Source: Octopus sinensis (lineage: Eukaryota). Taken from it: 64,000 nucleotides of DNA. The position numbers were made by a program, and so were the translations under genes. The stretch is taken from positions 104,656,001 through 104,720,000 of the forward strand of contig NC_042999.1 in the NCBI RefSeq assembly GCF_006345805.1. The letters run 5' to 3'. The notes below the pieces were generated by a model. The model searched no databases. It saw nothing but the letters and a program-made list of their open reading frames with translations, and had not been told where the DNA came from. This document shows positions 12,232 to 25,307 of this stretch, piece by piece. Within the stretch, counting starts at the first letter, position 1, and every line of letters starts with the position of its first letter.

Positions 12232-12460
12232 CCATAAGGTCTGCATATCGGAGGCCTCAAAAGACGTTTTAAGATTCACAAAGATCAGAGCTTAACTGCA
12301 GCTCTTGATGGTCCAAATCAGATATGCAATCTGTGGGTATCTTTTCAATACATTATCTGGTTTAAAAAGCCACGTCAGAATCCATGATGAATCAAACGGT
12401 TAAGTACAAGAGGTGGTCTGACCCTCTATAGGGAGTAGACAACCACCATGTATTATGTAT
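12232..12460 (+). mobile_element. Probable RTE-clade LINE 3' end with C2H2 finger remnants, in (GTAT)n
   Basis: Frames give GGLKRRFKIHK and, across a frameshift, ICNL(C)GYLFNTLSGLKSHVRIHDESNG*. A short UTR ends ACCACCAT-GTATTATGTATG; the 5' flank is (GTAT)n. Confidence 0.6.
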
Positions 12461-12989
12461 GTATGCATGTGTGGATGTATATATGTTGGTATGTATGTGT
12501 GTGCATGTGTGTGTGTATGCGTGTGCGTGCATGTGTGTGTCTGTTTGTAGCAGACTCTACTCAAAGTGCATCATTCAGCCCGAGGTTAGAGCAGAAGACA
12601 AATTTTTCAAGGTACTATGCAAATGTATTGAGCATAAAAACAGGGTTATAAAATTATTTCTTAAACTCATGACTATGTTTGCACTCAAATATTGATATTC
12701 CAGCATCGTCTTGCCAGTGAAGGATAAAATAAACCAAAGAAATAGTTAAAAATTTAATGACTTGATTGGGCCGATGTCGTGAATTTAGATAAATCAAGTG
12801 AATACTAATTTAGTGAACGAGCTACGTAACCAATTCTAAATTAATTGAAATCTGCTTCTTAATTGGGTAAGGAGTTGTTTCTTCTCAGCATGTATATTAT
12901 TTGTATGACTACGTCTTAATTTCTTGAATTTGTCACCCATTTTTTTAAGAGTTAGAAACTATTACCGCTAATTTTTGTCAACTGAGCAA

Positions 12990-13340
12990 CACATTTGAAA
13001 TTGCAGCGAACAAGTCGATATTTTAAATCAGGAAAATATCTTACCAAAGTAGGACCTGGTTCGAACAGTAAGTATAAATTGCAAGCCTTTACCTCAGCGT
13101 ATTCAACTAGTGGAACAGCACTGTTAATTACTACTAAGATTAGTTATATGAAGTAGACATAAAGGTCTCTTCCATGGGCCGTATTATCAATTTTTTCAAC
13201 AATCGAAGTATGGCACAAGGTTTCCAGACATGAGTTCTACTCACGTGTCAAGTTTCATCAAAATCAATAAAATGATGTAGGAGAAGTTAGCTAACAACGC
13301 CACTAACACACACCGATTTTCCACATATGTAGTAGATATG
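12990..13340 (+). mobile_element. Possible non-autonomous Helentron-associated (HINE/DINE-like) remnant
   Basis: TGTCAAGTTTCATCAAAATC...GGAGAAGTT...ATATGTAGTAGAT resembles the core and 3' end of DINE-1-like elements. Confidence 0.35.
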
Positions 13341-13807
13341 TATACATACATACAAGATTTTTTTTCTATATTGTTACCACATATTGTTGCAAAATAATTC
13401 ATTTGGTCTTTTGCAACACACCAACAATAATGATAATCGTAATATGTTCAAAATTCCCGCGGGCAAATGAAATAATTTTTTTAGAATAGTATCGATAACT
13501 AGGGCACACACTCACCAAAAAGGTTTGCCATACCAAGTCTAAGTAACAATATAAAAATCGATATATATTATATGTTACTTACTATATATTATATACAATC
13601 CATGGAGAGGAAGGTATTATAATTAAAGTGGTGTAGCCTTATTATATTCTTCGCCACTGGTTATTATGATATCTATCCTCATTTACACCTAAGGCTTGGT
13701 CTATCAGTAGCCTACTATGTATTTGTCATCGAACTGTGTACGGCTATTTCTGAGTATTGAGAATATTTTGAATAGATCATTGTGTATTAGACTAATTTAA
13801 ATAAACG

Positions 13808-13886
<79 letters not shown>
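13808..13886. repeat. (TATC)n microsatellite
   Basis: Direct reading. Confidence 0.98.
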
Positions 13887-15556
13887 TGATAGTGGGCATG
13901 CGACTAGGCACCTGGAGAAGCAAGCCCATGCCGTCCACCAGCGCCTCCGTCGTGGGACGCTGGACCGACGGCCCGGTTGAGTTGCTCGGGGTCTGGTTTG
14001 GTCCGGACCTCCAAGTGGAGAAGAACTGGAACGAGATAACGAGTAGGGTGGTCACTCTCGCCCGGCAATGGGCCGAGAGGAAACTGTCCCTAAAAGGTCG
14101 AGCGGAGGTGGCGAACACGTACATCGCGTCCGTCATCTACTACCGCCTGACCGTCGTACCTTGTCCCGACCCTACCATCACCAAACTACAACGCATCCTC
14201 TTTCGCTTCTTGTGGAAAGGATGCGTCCCGATGGTCAGGCGATCCATTTGCTGTCAACACCCGTTAAAAGGAGGCTGGGCATGCCGTGGTTGATGATGCG
14301 CAGACACGCGCTGAGACTGCGACATCTCTGGCTCTATGTAGACGACGGTGAACAGGTGTGGTCGCCGTTTGTGAGGCACGCTTTCCCGCAGCTCGTCTCC
14401 ATGACCGAACTGCAGTCGTGGATCAAAAAGAGGCCGAGGAAGGGCGAATGGCACCGCGAGTGTCGCGTTGCTCTCAAGCAACTCTGCCGTCCTGGGTCGA
14501 CCTTAAGTGACTTCAACACAACCAAAGCATTCTATAGGGGTTTAGTGGATGGGAGGTACGACGACGAGCTCGGGGCGAACCTGGACGTCGACGAGGAGTA
14601 CCTGACCCGCCTGTTCGGGACGACTTTCGGGCCAGGGCCCATGGACAACTTCCAGAGATCCCTGGCCTGGCAGTGCTACCGAGAAGCGCTACCCGTTCGG
14701 GATAAGCTCTACAGACACGGCTCGAGAAACACGGGGCCGACCTGCCCGAGATGCGGTCAGAGCGACGAAACCGTTCTGCACGCACTCGTTCAGTGTCCAA
14801 CAATTTCCGACCTGTGGGCTTATGTCGAACAACTGCTGTCACGTGTGGGACGAGTCGGTTTATCAGCTGAGTCTATCGTCAATATTGTCACGCCTCCTTC
14901 CTTCAACGGGAAGGAAGAGCTATTTTCATCATCCTTGTGGCTATGGCGAAAGAATGTATCTGGTGGACGCGTCTGAAAGGATTGGAGACAAACACTTTCC
15001 TCTCTGGTCAATCTCTCATCAACTTCTTCAAGTACCACTTGAAAAGGAAAGTGAGAGTAGAGAGGCAGTTTTGTCTAGCGAATGTTTTAAAAAAAGATGG
15101 GTGAATGTAGCAAGAATGGCACGTATGAATGACGAAGCCACCTTGAGCATAGTCCTATGAACCCAGAAATCGAAAACAGAGAGTTGCTTATTTGCAAAAA
15201 AAAAAAAAAAAAAAAAGAATATAAAATGTGACTTCATTGACCGAGGTTACCGTGGTCTTTTCCGCAGGCTTTTCTTTCACGGGTAAACCTCACCTGTCCT
15301 CCCCTTTACACTTCATATTGACATTTCTGTGATAACGATCCCTATTGATCATTTTTTCCTCTCCCCCACTTTTTTTTTTTTTTTTTTTTAACCCCCCTTA
15401 TTTTTGTCCTCTTTCTCTCCTTTTACGATCCCTTTTGATCGAACCTCCCCTTCCTTTTTTTTTTTTTTTTTTTTTTTTTTAATACCTTCAAAAGAAAAGC
15501 TCTACCTTGTAATTTGTTCTATCTGTGTGCAGCCCTGTGTGGCTAATAAAGAAACA
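13887..15556 (+). mobile_element. Tx1/L1-clade LINE, 5'-truncated ORF2 C-terminus plus 3' UTR, in (TATC)n
   Basis: Post-RT motifs LLGVWF, LSLKGRAEVANTYIASVIYY, PLKGGLGMP and zf-RVT-like CPRCGQSDETVLHALVQC. Two frameshifts; stop at 15160. Poly-T-rich UTR, then AATAAA followed by ACA-TATCTATCT. Confidence 0.92.
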
Positions 15557-15989
15557 TATCTATCTATTGATTGATCTATCGCAATATAAATCTGTTTTTT
15601 TTTGTGTATAAAAATCAGAAACATTGTTTGAGATATCTATGAATTAGAAGGTTGTGAAGTAGGAGAGTTTTCCAAAATATTTTGTAACATAAATGAAACG
15701 AAGTGGGCTTTCATTGAAAAATTTACCCAAATTGGGAACAGAATGCATTGAGAATGCACTTCTGCAAAAGTTGTTCACCATAATTTAGTTCAACTTCTTT
15801 TTGTTTATAAAAATGAAAACTAATAAACGTGGACTGAAAATAGATTGTATTTTAATAAAAACTTTTAAATAGCCGAAACAATAACTTGTTTGACAATATA
15901 CCCATCAGTTGGATCTTCATTCCAACTGCAAATTGCAGTCCTAGCTATGGAAGTAGCGATTAGCCATCACAGCAAATGTTGATGAAGCT

Positions 15990-16800
15990 CTTTCTATCCT
16001 ACATTCTATCAAGTGTGATGACCCCATAGTTCGGTTATGTTGCCTACACTCTATACTTCAATGATCTGCAAAACGTCACGTCAAAATAGGTCCACTCTTA
16101 TGCAGATAATACAACTTTTCATTCTTCACTAAGCCTTCCTAATGATACATCTTCCATGCAACCTAGAGACCACATACGAAATCTGCACTGGTTCCATGAA
16201 CAGAAATGCGAAAGCATCCTTCAATAGAAACATGCTAAACATACGTCTTTAAATAGCATCCCTGCCAAATACCATCAGAACTTCTCATATCACGAAAACA
16301 TAATCATATCACAGTGTTCTTAAGCACGAACATCATGCAATTATAAGCACCCTGATCTCTCCAAAAGTTAAGCCTCACTATCATCAGAGATGTCTAGTAG
16401 CAAACTAGGACGGCATATCAGAAACTGACCTTTGTCTTTAGGTCAGAAATACTTCACCGTCCAACAATTATCGACATTCTAGAAAACTCAAATGAGTCCC
16501 ACAATGGAATATTGTTCCACATCTGTGATGATGCTGATGATGTACACAAACATCCACGGCCGATTTTGTAAAACTCACAGACACACCCCAGCATCTAGCC
16601 CACATGCCCGCATGTGAATTACTTTCACTCTAACTTTTCTACCTACACGTTTCAGTATTTGCTTCTCGGAATTGGCTGGTCATATGCCAACTTTCCTTAA
16701 CACCCTTAAATCTCTCATCTCCCTTACTCTCATTATACATTTTGTGTGTAACCTCCACACCTCATTCTAACCATTATGCCTAGCTCTTGTACCCACCAAA
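15990..16800 (+). mobile_element. Decayed CR1/L2-group LINE RT remnant
   Basis: Degenerate GVPQGSVLSP-like, VHSYADNTTFHSS and PQ(W/M)EYCS(H)I motifs, with many stops. Confidence 0.5.
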
Positions 16801-19084
16801 ATTAGAATTTTGATATATTTTCTTTGCCCAACACCTTTTTTTACACGTGTTGCTTTGCAAAACAACACATTATTCTCACTACCTTAACATTTCTAACGGT
16901 GGATATTTGTTGGGAAATAATTTTGTTCTATACTTGCAATATCGTATCATCCTATCCAGAGAGTGGTTTATATTTCAGATATTAGGTACTGCTTAATTTT
17001 CATGGTTTTATGAGACATTATGAATCGTTGAATAATTTACTATTGTATTATAATAGATTATTAAATGTTTTTCGGCAATTTAAACTCAGATATGATGGGT
17101 CATTATATCTGGTTTATGTTAGAAAACTGATCTGAATTACACAAATGAGAGAAAAGCAGTAATGTTCTAACGCTACGATCAGTACTTGCCATAAAATTGT
17201 AAACTTAAGCAGTAATCTCATGTGTTTATGTAGATAGTTGGATAAGTATGGGTAAATTCTGCCCATAGGTATTTAATGTCTGTTTTAAGCCCGAATTGAA
17301 AAGGAAAGACATCATTGCTAGACACATGTCTCACCAAGATTTTAACGGGAGACTTTGAAAAGTGATTAGACCTATATTACTCCAGCGATAAAGAAATGAC
17401 GGCATTGCTATTGAAAATCTGGATGTAGTAGCGGTATATGGACTAAGATGGAAGACATTAGTATTACATCTGACAGTATGAATATGTACTTCTAATTTTA
17501 GTAACAAAACTGCCCCAATTTTTTACCTAATTCTACTCATTGCTTAGCGTAAACATGGTTAAAATATTTGTGGGTACATCTGGTAATCTTTTCGCTTCCA
17601 CGACAGATAACATTCTATTTAGCTTTACCTTTCTACCTGTAACATAACCCTCCAATGTGCCCATGTATGACTAATTAACTAATTTTATTCTAAATTACGT
17701 TAAATATTTGTCTACCCGCTAATGAAGGACATTTCGGATATTATCTGGCAAGCTTTGTGTAGCAGCCAAATCTCTTGATCATTAGCTAAAAAATAAATAA
17801 ATAAAGGGTAAAGATTATCTGCCTAAATCGTAAAATGATATTTTCACAATAAAACAAGATAGAATACCGACCAAACAGGCTCGCTCAAGCTGATTTGAAA
17901 AGATAATAGATAATCAAATATATCACTAAAATTGGCCATGATTCATGGATAGCTATTTTATACCGAGTGATCTTCTCTCACCCTGATTTAAAGTTATATC
18001 AATTAGCTATTAATGAATCGTATTACTAGCCGCCTTATCACAACTTTAGTATGTAATCAATATTATTAATTATTGCAATCTTGCAGGAACTGAACGTGAA
18101 AGAAACCACTGAGGGACTAAATCAACTCCATTCCATTATTTCTGGTTGTGAGCAGGAGGAAGATATTGCCAGCATATAATTAAACACGGGTTTAGACGAG
18201 ATATCTTCAACTAGTCGAAGTTATTTTAAATTGTATTCGTGTTTTAATGAATTGCCGAACGAAATGAAATAAAAAGGAAACCGGTCATCAAAAGTATCTA
18301 AACCTAATTATTTCTACTTGAAGTTCAAACAAAAAATACCAGCCATAAAATCCAAGTTTAAATTTGGTGTTTATTACGAAGTATTCTCAAAGTCACGTAA
18401 CAAAACTATGTAAATACTTGTGGTAGAAAAGTTGAAAAGTTCATGTTTAAGATACTTTGTGCGACTAGATAAATTAGACTATACCCAATAGTAGCATGTC
18501 AATTAAGTTTCAATGAAACAATAAATTTTATAATGAAGTAAGAATGAGTTCTTCTGAAAGTACTTAAGTAACACGAAAATCAATGCGCCTGATGGGAAAA
18601 GAAGCTGAAGATATTTGAAAGTAGAGGCAGTAATTTAGTGAGATGAATAAGAGATCTGATATATTTGATTATTGTAAATCACCAGCTTGCTCATCAATAA
18701 ATATGGACATTGATGTAACTTTATTTATTTTGTATTGCATTTGATCACAAGTTTCCCTCGGACTAATTACTTATTTATTGCATTTCTGACAGTGCGTGAT
18801 ATAAGTTTTCTAGGATTTTTTCTGCTCCTCTAGTATATATATATATATAATTATAATTAGGGTTCAGCTAACTACTTCACCACATACCGAAATTAGAAAT
18901 AGGAGTTAAAAATTCATTTCCTGCTACTATAAGAATCTCCATGACGGTAAACATACTTTTTTACGAGAGCAAAGAGAAAAACAATGAATTAACACGACCA
19001 GGATTTTACCTCTAAAGGTTATTTTAACGTACCGATCTACATGGTAAAATTTTTAATTAATTTAATTAATAAATGTTACCCTTC

Positions 19085-19118
<34 letters not shown>

Positions 19119-21602
19119 GTATATCGGTGAAAGGTGCAGACATATATACCACTCCAAAACCAACTCACATGCATGCTCAATTTTGTATTCAGTTTCTATC
19201 GATCTGATTCCATTTACGGTGTATTGGACAGAAAATATTTGCTCAAGATACCATGCTGTGAGATCGAACATGGAACCAAGCGGTTGCGAAATCAACTTGT
19301 TTAACACTCAACAATACTTTCACACATTTAGAGGCAACTTTTTGATGCAATGAATCTAAGACTGGGTTTTAAAACCTAATTGGAAGTCTTTCATTTAATT
19401 GTTAATTAATGTGTTTGGAGCAGTCATGAATGTTACAACTCCTGGTTATTCCTGATTGAGAGCACGGCAATGGTATTGCCGGTGTATAATTAAATACGGA
19501 CTTAAAGAAGATATCTGTTGTTTGTCGAAGTTATTTTAAATCCTACTATTTGCATTTTAATGAATTACCAACTTAACCCCTCACGAAGACAAGTAGGCGC
19601 ATAATCTGAGGATTAGCACCATTCATAATATAGTATGGTAACAATTTATCAAGGAATTAATGACGTTAGTGTGTGGGATAAATAGATACCCAAGTTTTGA
19701 CTTAAATCAAAGGCCCCATAATATAACATGCACGTTTTCTCAAGTGTTTTAGTAGCATAGGCGAAATAGTTTCAGCTGGTAAATGAAGCATATTAACAAT
19801 TTGAATTTTTCAAGCTGATACTAGAACACGAACTTACTAACTGGACTCCGTTACGTGTTTTACAAACCATAGAAGAATGAAAGTCCAAGTAGGTTTCGGC
19901 GAGATTCGAACTATAAAATGAAGAGAAACATAAATAATAATATATATAAGAGCACATAAACATATTTACCTCTCCACTGAATTATATTTATATATTTCAA
20001 CTAGAATTATTTCACATGTTTATCCATTTATTTGCCTATATATTTACCTAATTATTTATATATCTATTTGTATGTTTTTTTGGCTCTCGATGCTTCCTGG
20101 TCAGTTATTAGACGTCTGATACATAGTTGGAAGTCTGCCATATGTCTGTACTTAGCTGCAACACATTAAGATTAAGGAGCGTTTAAGTCAATAATTTCAT
20201 TTCTTTACTTGAAGAGAAATTATAGTTCTCTTGTTTAGTTTCAGTCTTGAAAATTTTCTTATGAGATAAATAGAAAATGTTTCTTATACTTTCTTAAACT
20301 GTTCCTTTTCTTTATTAGTTAAATGTAAAGTATTTGTTACGGCGTAAGAAGAATTTTTTTTTTCTATTTCCGTTAAATCAATTCAAAACACAGCTGGCTG
20401 TGTTGAAAGTGTGTTAACAGGCAGAAGGGTAATCTTTTTGAATAACATCAATTTACTCTAACCCACCTAGTGGCAAGTATGTGCAAATGGGTGATACTAT
20501 TTACTATTGAATGTTATGGAGGCTCTTCGCGATTAACGAATGTTTCATTATCTAATAGCTCTGAGTTCAAAAATTATTTGGTGTAGATTAAAATGCGATA
20601 CTTCTATCCTCTTGATTCTATAAGATCACACTATTTCGGCAAGTTTTAACAGAACACTCCACCGCCCCCATTGTGAATCAACTGTAGCTACTACAGGGTT
20701 CGGTTTTATGTCCTATTCCCTTCTATGAACAGAAACCTTGAGAAATCATTCAATGATGCCATGCCAGCCTTGTTTATTTTAACAGCAAAACTACAACACA
20801 AGCATTTCTTATATCGAGAAAACACTATCACACCCCACACTCCAATACACGAACGGCGCTCACTATAGCCATCACACCCACTCTAAACACTGGGTTACTT
20901 ATAAGCAGTACCTGAAGTTATTTTGCTCCTAAATATCTGCGACATACTTCGAAGCTCAACTGAGGACAACAATGAAAGCTGCTCCTATATTTAAGACAGT
21001 GCGATTGCTATGCACATGGACATCCTGGACTGTATCTAGAAAAAGGTTGTTCGACTGATTGACATTCAATCTTCATGAGACACGTTTCATCCTCGAACCT
21101 ACTGGTGCCCTGTCCTCAGACCAACGATCCTCTGGAATGCTTCACTTGCACATATCTTCACCGTCAAAACTTTCAACGGAACGTTAATAACACCAAAATC
21201 ATTGGTCCAGAGGACTTATAAAGGTCATGGGCGTTGCCGCTCCTTCTAGTCATAGCTAGCTTAAAAAACACCCTTACAAGAAGGTAAAGTTTTCAGATTT
21301 TGATTTATGGATCAAGGAATTGTGAGACTCGTTTTATCTTCGGCTGGGAGATTCGCACAGCTTAACACCATCTACGCCGCCAGCAGAGTTCACTCTGTTA
21401 TTAGCATTCGCTCAAAATCTCTGGTAGAAAGATAACTAGATATGGCACTACATTCTACAGCAGTAGAATTTCTTCTTATGTCACTATTGTGTACATCAAA
21501 TGTCGTGTACAAGACCGTCTTCCTTTAACTAAGCCACAAAACGTAAATATAGCAAATGGATCTAACACCAGTTTTCAAGACATCAAGTCCGGAAGAGTCA
21601 TA

Positions 21603-21900
21603 CTACAGGGTGATTCAAAAGTCGCCATATATAGGAGGAATTAATTGTTTTTATAAGAAGCAGTTTATAAGAACAGTTTTATTTTATCTAACAATCTCTA
21701 TATGGTTACCATTGTTTTGAATACACATTTCAATACGTTTACCCAACTCATTGTCAACTCGTAATAGCACATCTGGTGATGCGTTACTTCAAATGATTTA
21801 TGTCTTTTATCTTTTGCGATGCACCATGCCTTTCAAATGCCCCCAAAGGTAGAGATCAAGAGGGGTCAGATCAGGAGATCTAGGGGATCTTACAAACTGC
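21603..21900 (-). mobile_element. Tc1/mariner remnant (TIR plus transposase C-terminal motif)
   Basis: TA-CAGGGTGATTCAAAAGTC terminus. The minus strand encodes PRSPDLTPLDLYLWG. Confidence 0.65.
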
Positions 21901-21914
21901 TTGTAATAAAAAAG

Positions 21915-22625
21915 TAAATTTAACTAAAGGCCATTATATGCACGAATACATTCGGCCTAAAAAGGTGATGGAGCCACTCAAATGGATGAAGCAGAACAAC
22001 CCTTTGTATAAGAATATCGTCATCTCCACAGACTAGGAAAATCGGTGGGAAGATAATGACCCAGCTGTGGGAAGCAATAGCCAAAGCCTGTCCAGAGGAG
22101 ATGGAAGTTGATCAACCAGAATCCCTTGCTCCTCTGTCACCCATGCCAACTGGAAACAGTTACCGTATACTGGAACTTCTGGCTAAGAGGCGCAACTTGA
22201 AGATCAGGCAGATCCCTGCGGATGGTAATTGCTTCTTTCATGCTGTATCAGCATCTCTCACTTCAGTTGGAGAGCAGAACATCGATGGGCCCGACATACG
22301 ACAAAAGCTCATTGACTATCTTGAGACAACATCTGAGAAGCAGTATTACTTTGGCTTTTTACAACGTAACAACAGCTTACACCAGTCGTCTGTACATAAC
22401 CATCGTCCTTGTCGATTTCAACGTGGATCTCCTTGATTCCCCTAACCACGAGATCTTGACAACTATGAACCAGTTTGTGTTCGACCAACTTGTCCAAAAC
22501 CCCACCACCAACTATGGAAGCCTGCTAGATCTTGTTTATGTGAACCAGGATCGGCGTCCTCAAATCACTGTAACCGACTGTTTCCGACCATGATGTTGTG
22601 TGTATCACTCAAGTTTTAGGTAATT
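21915..22625 (+). mobile_element. Internally deleted Helentron (Helitron group): pre-Rep motif, OTU protease and EEP endonuclease fragments
   Basis: KGHYMHEYIRPKKVMEPLKWMKQNNPLYKNI (21926-), OTU IPADGNCFFHAVSASL (DGNC at 22221-22232), EEP DFNVDLL..FDQLVQNPTTNYGSLLDLVYVN..(S)DHD (22408-22600). No Rep or helicase. Confidence 0.8.
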
Positions 22626-22727
22626 GTTGTTCCTTTTTAGTTGTATGGTGAAACTAGCTTGCTGTTGTCATTGATGTGTTATAACTGCTTCAGATGATTC
22701 CTGTTTTTAGAGTTTAAAAAAAAAAAA

Positions 22728-22859
22728 TTTTACCCCCGCCAAGGAGGTTATGTTTTTGCCAGCATTGGTTTGGAAATTGGGCGATGATTTTCAGCATGCG
22801 TGTATATGGATGGAAATGAGCTGCTTGGTGGAGGTCTGCGCTCTCCGAATGTTTTTCTA

Positions 22860-22862
<3 letters not shown>
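22728..22862 (+). mobile_element. HINE-type non-autonomous Helentron
   Basis: Subterminal imperfect inverted repeats CCCCCGCCAAGG (22733) and GCTTGGTGGAGG (22823), 3' hairpin-like GCGCTCTCCGAATGT, then CTAG-TT. Confidence 0.7.
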
Positions 22863-22910
<48 letters not shown>

Positions 22911-23827
22911 CTCATCATTATTATTATTTGTTGGATTTCAAAGTCGATTGGGTATCGGGAATATACACAGCAACATTCATTTACTTCTAACTACTTCAAA
23001 GTGAATATTATTGTATAGTGCGTTAAACTGACGGAAACGTTAGGGTACCAAATACAATGTCGTTCGTTATTTATTTCAGATCTTTACGTTTTGAGTTCAA
23101 ATGCTAATCGAGTCCAGCAAATTGGAATTGAAATTCGTTTTGTTCCTGGTGCGAAAGTAAAGACTCTTCAATGTTGTTATAACTTAAACACCCCTGGTCC
23201 CTGTGGCACTCTCAACAGGAATCCAAAATTTAAAGGAGAAAACAAATCCATCAGACGGTTTTTTCTATATTCTTGGTCAGTCTATACCTTGCCAAATGCA
23301 ATCAACATATTACAGTCGAAGTGATCGCAAAGCCAGGTGAAATGAAGTATTTTGCTCAAGAGTACCACGCACCACTCAGTCCAGGAGTCGAAACCAAGAT
23401 CTTGCTATCGTTTGTGCAACACCTTAACCATTAAATGCATATAAGAATTATTTAGCCTCGTATCCACTTGTCCTCTCTGTTTTCAAACTGAATGACTTCC
23501 AGATGCTTTTATAAAAGAATACACAGATACACACTTAAGACACACGCACTAATATCCACACAGTCATACTCGTAGACAAATACACACAAGTTTAAATAGA
23601 TACAAAAATATAAACATTCAAGATTATATATGGAGATAATATTTATCAGAACAGCCAATCGTTCTGCCAGTCATTAACAATATCAGTCCGCTTCTACCCT
23701 AGATGAAGCTTATTATGTTGCAGGAACTAAGTCAATGATACTTAAATTTATACTGAGTGCGAACTGAAGCGATATTAATAAAATTATTTCCTGTCATAGT
23801 AATTATATATTATATGTGTCTATTCAT

Positions 23828-23863
<36 letters not shown>

Positions 23864-23979
23864 TACACACACACCAACAGACACGTGAACGCACTCACAC
23901 TAACACGTGTGTGTTTACGTATATATAGATGATGCTATATGTATGTATATATATACGTGTGTGTGTGTGCGTGTGTTTG

Positions 23980-24355
23980 GAGGCGCAATGACCCAGTGGT
24001 TGGGGCAGCGACTTGCGGTCGCGTGATCGTGGTTTCGATTCCCAGACCGGCGTTGTGAGTGTTTATTGAGCGAAAACATATAAAGCCCCACGAGTCTCCG
24101 GCAGGGGGCGGTGGCGAACCCTGCTGTACTGTACTCTTTCACCACAGCGTTCTCTCATTCTATCTCCCTGTTTCTGTATTTCAAAGGGCCAGCGTTGTCA
24201 CACACTGTGTCATGTTACGTTGGATCTCCCCAAGAACTACGCTAAGGGTACACATGTCTGTGGAGTGCTCATCCACTTACACATTAATTTCACGAGTAGG
24301 CTGTTACGTTGATCGGGTCAAGTGGAACCCACGTCGTCATAACCGAGTGCCACGA
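23980..24355 (+). mobile_element. tRNA-derived SINE with type C2 tail
   Basis: A box CCAGTGGTTGG, B box GGTTTCGATTCCC, tail CCCAAGAACTACGCTAAGGGTACAC. Confidence 0.8.
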
Positions 24356-25307
24356 TATATATATATATGGATGTATATATATTTATGTGTGTGTGTTTAC
24401 ACATCATACATACATACATGCATACATACATACATACATACATACATACATACATACATGCATGTATACATACATACATACATACATACATCATACATAC
24501 ATACATACACACATACATACATAGATGCTTCAATATGCTTTTATGTATATGAAAACTAACTTCGTAAATTCAAACGAATCTCTCATGTCAAGATCTTTAT
24601 AGGTTCTTGATAACACCACGATGCCAAATTTTGTCCATTTTGAAGAGAAGTCGCTATTAGTTACGTTCGAAGTCTTTGTTGAAAAGTCAGTTATCAGTTC
24701 ACCTGCAAAGAAATAATGCAGTTTTTAATAAGAAGAATTGTAATTTATGCATGTGAGATTTCATAATTCTAGCATCATTCCTTCATAGTCAGCCTATGAA
24801 TTTTTCAGCCCACACTCATAAGTACTAGAATTCGACGAAAACCCTTCAAGGCAGAAGTCCAAAACTGAAAGAAGTAAAAGTTAATAATGAAAATTGATAG
24901 AAACGATTGATGTAATAACTTGACGCACATGAATTTCATGAAGAAATATTAATTCATCTAATGAAGGCATTTATTTACTGATTGTACTCTTCAATTGAAT
25001 AGAAACTGCGGTTTGAAATCAATAAACTGAACGGCTGAATCGCCTATAAATCTATGTAACGCAAAACAAACGTTTACATTTTCCTTGCGGTAATCTCCAG
25101 GAAAACGCACGTGCATACGCACACATAAGCGCACAGACACACGCATACATAATATGTGTGAAAGAAAGATGATGAATATTGAAAAAGAGAGAAAGTTGTC
25201 TATTAATCTCTCTTTTTTTTTTGCTCTCTTTTCCTCTCTATATGATCTTTGTTTGATATATAGTTTACATACACATGTATATATACATACGTACCTATGT
25301 ACATACA

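Noticed and set aside
13879-15038. Minus-strand ORFs over the Tx1 copies (also 44041-44563) and antisense ORFs in the PLE arms
   Set aside because: They are antisense shadows of GC-rich retroelement coding sequence.
21070-21125. CTGAGGA..GAAACGT on the minus strand as an HHR
   Set aside because: No 10.1-11.1 pair and no stem I complement.
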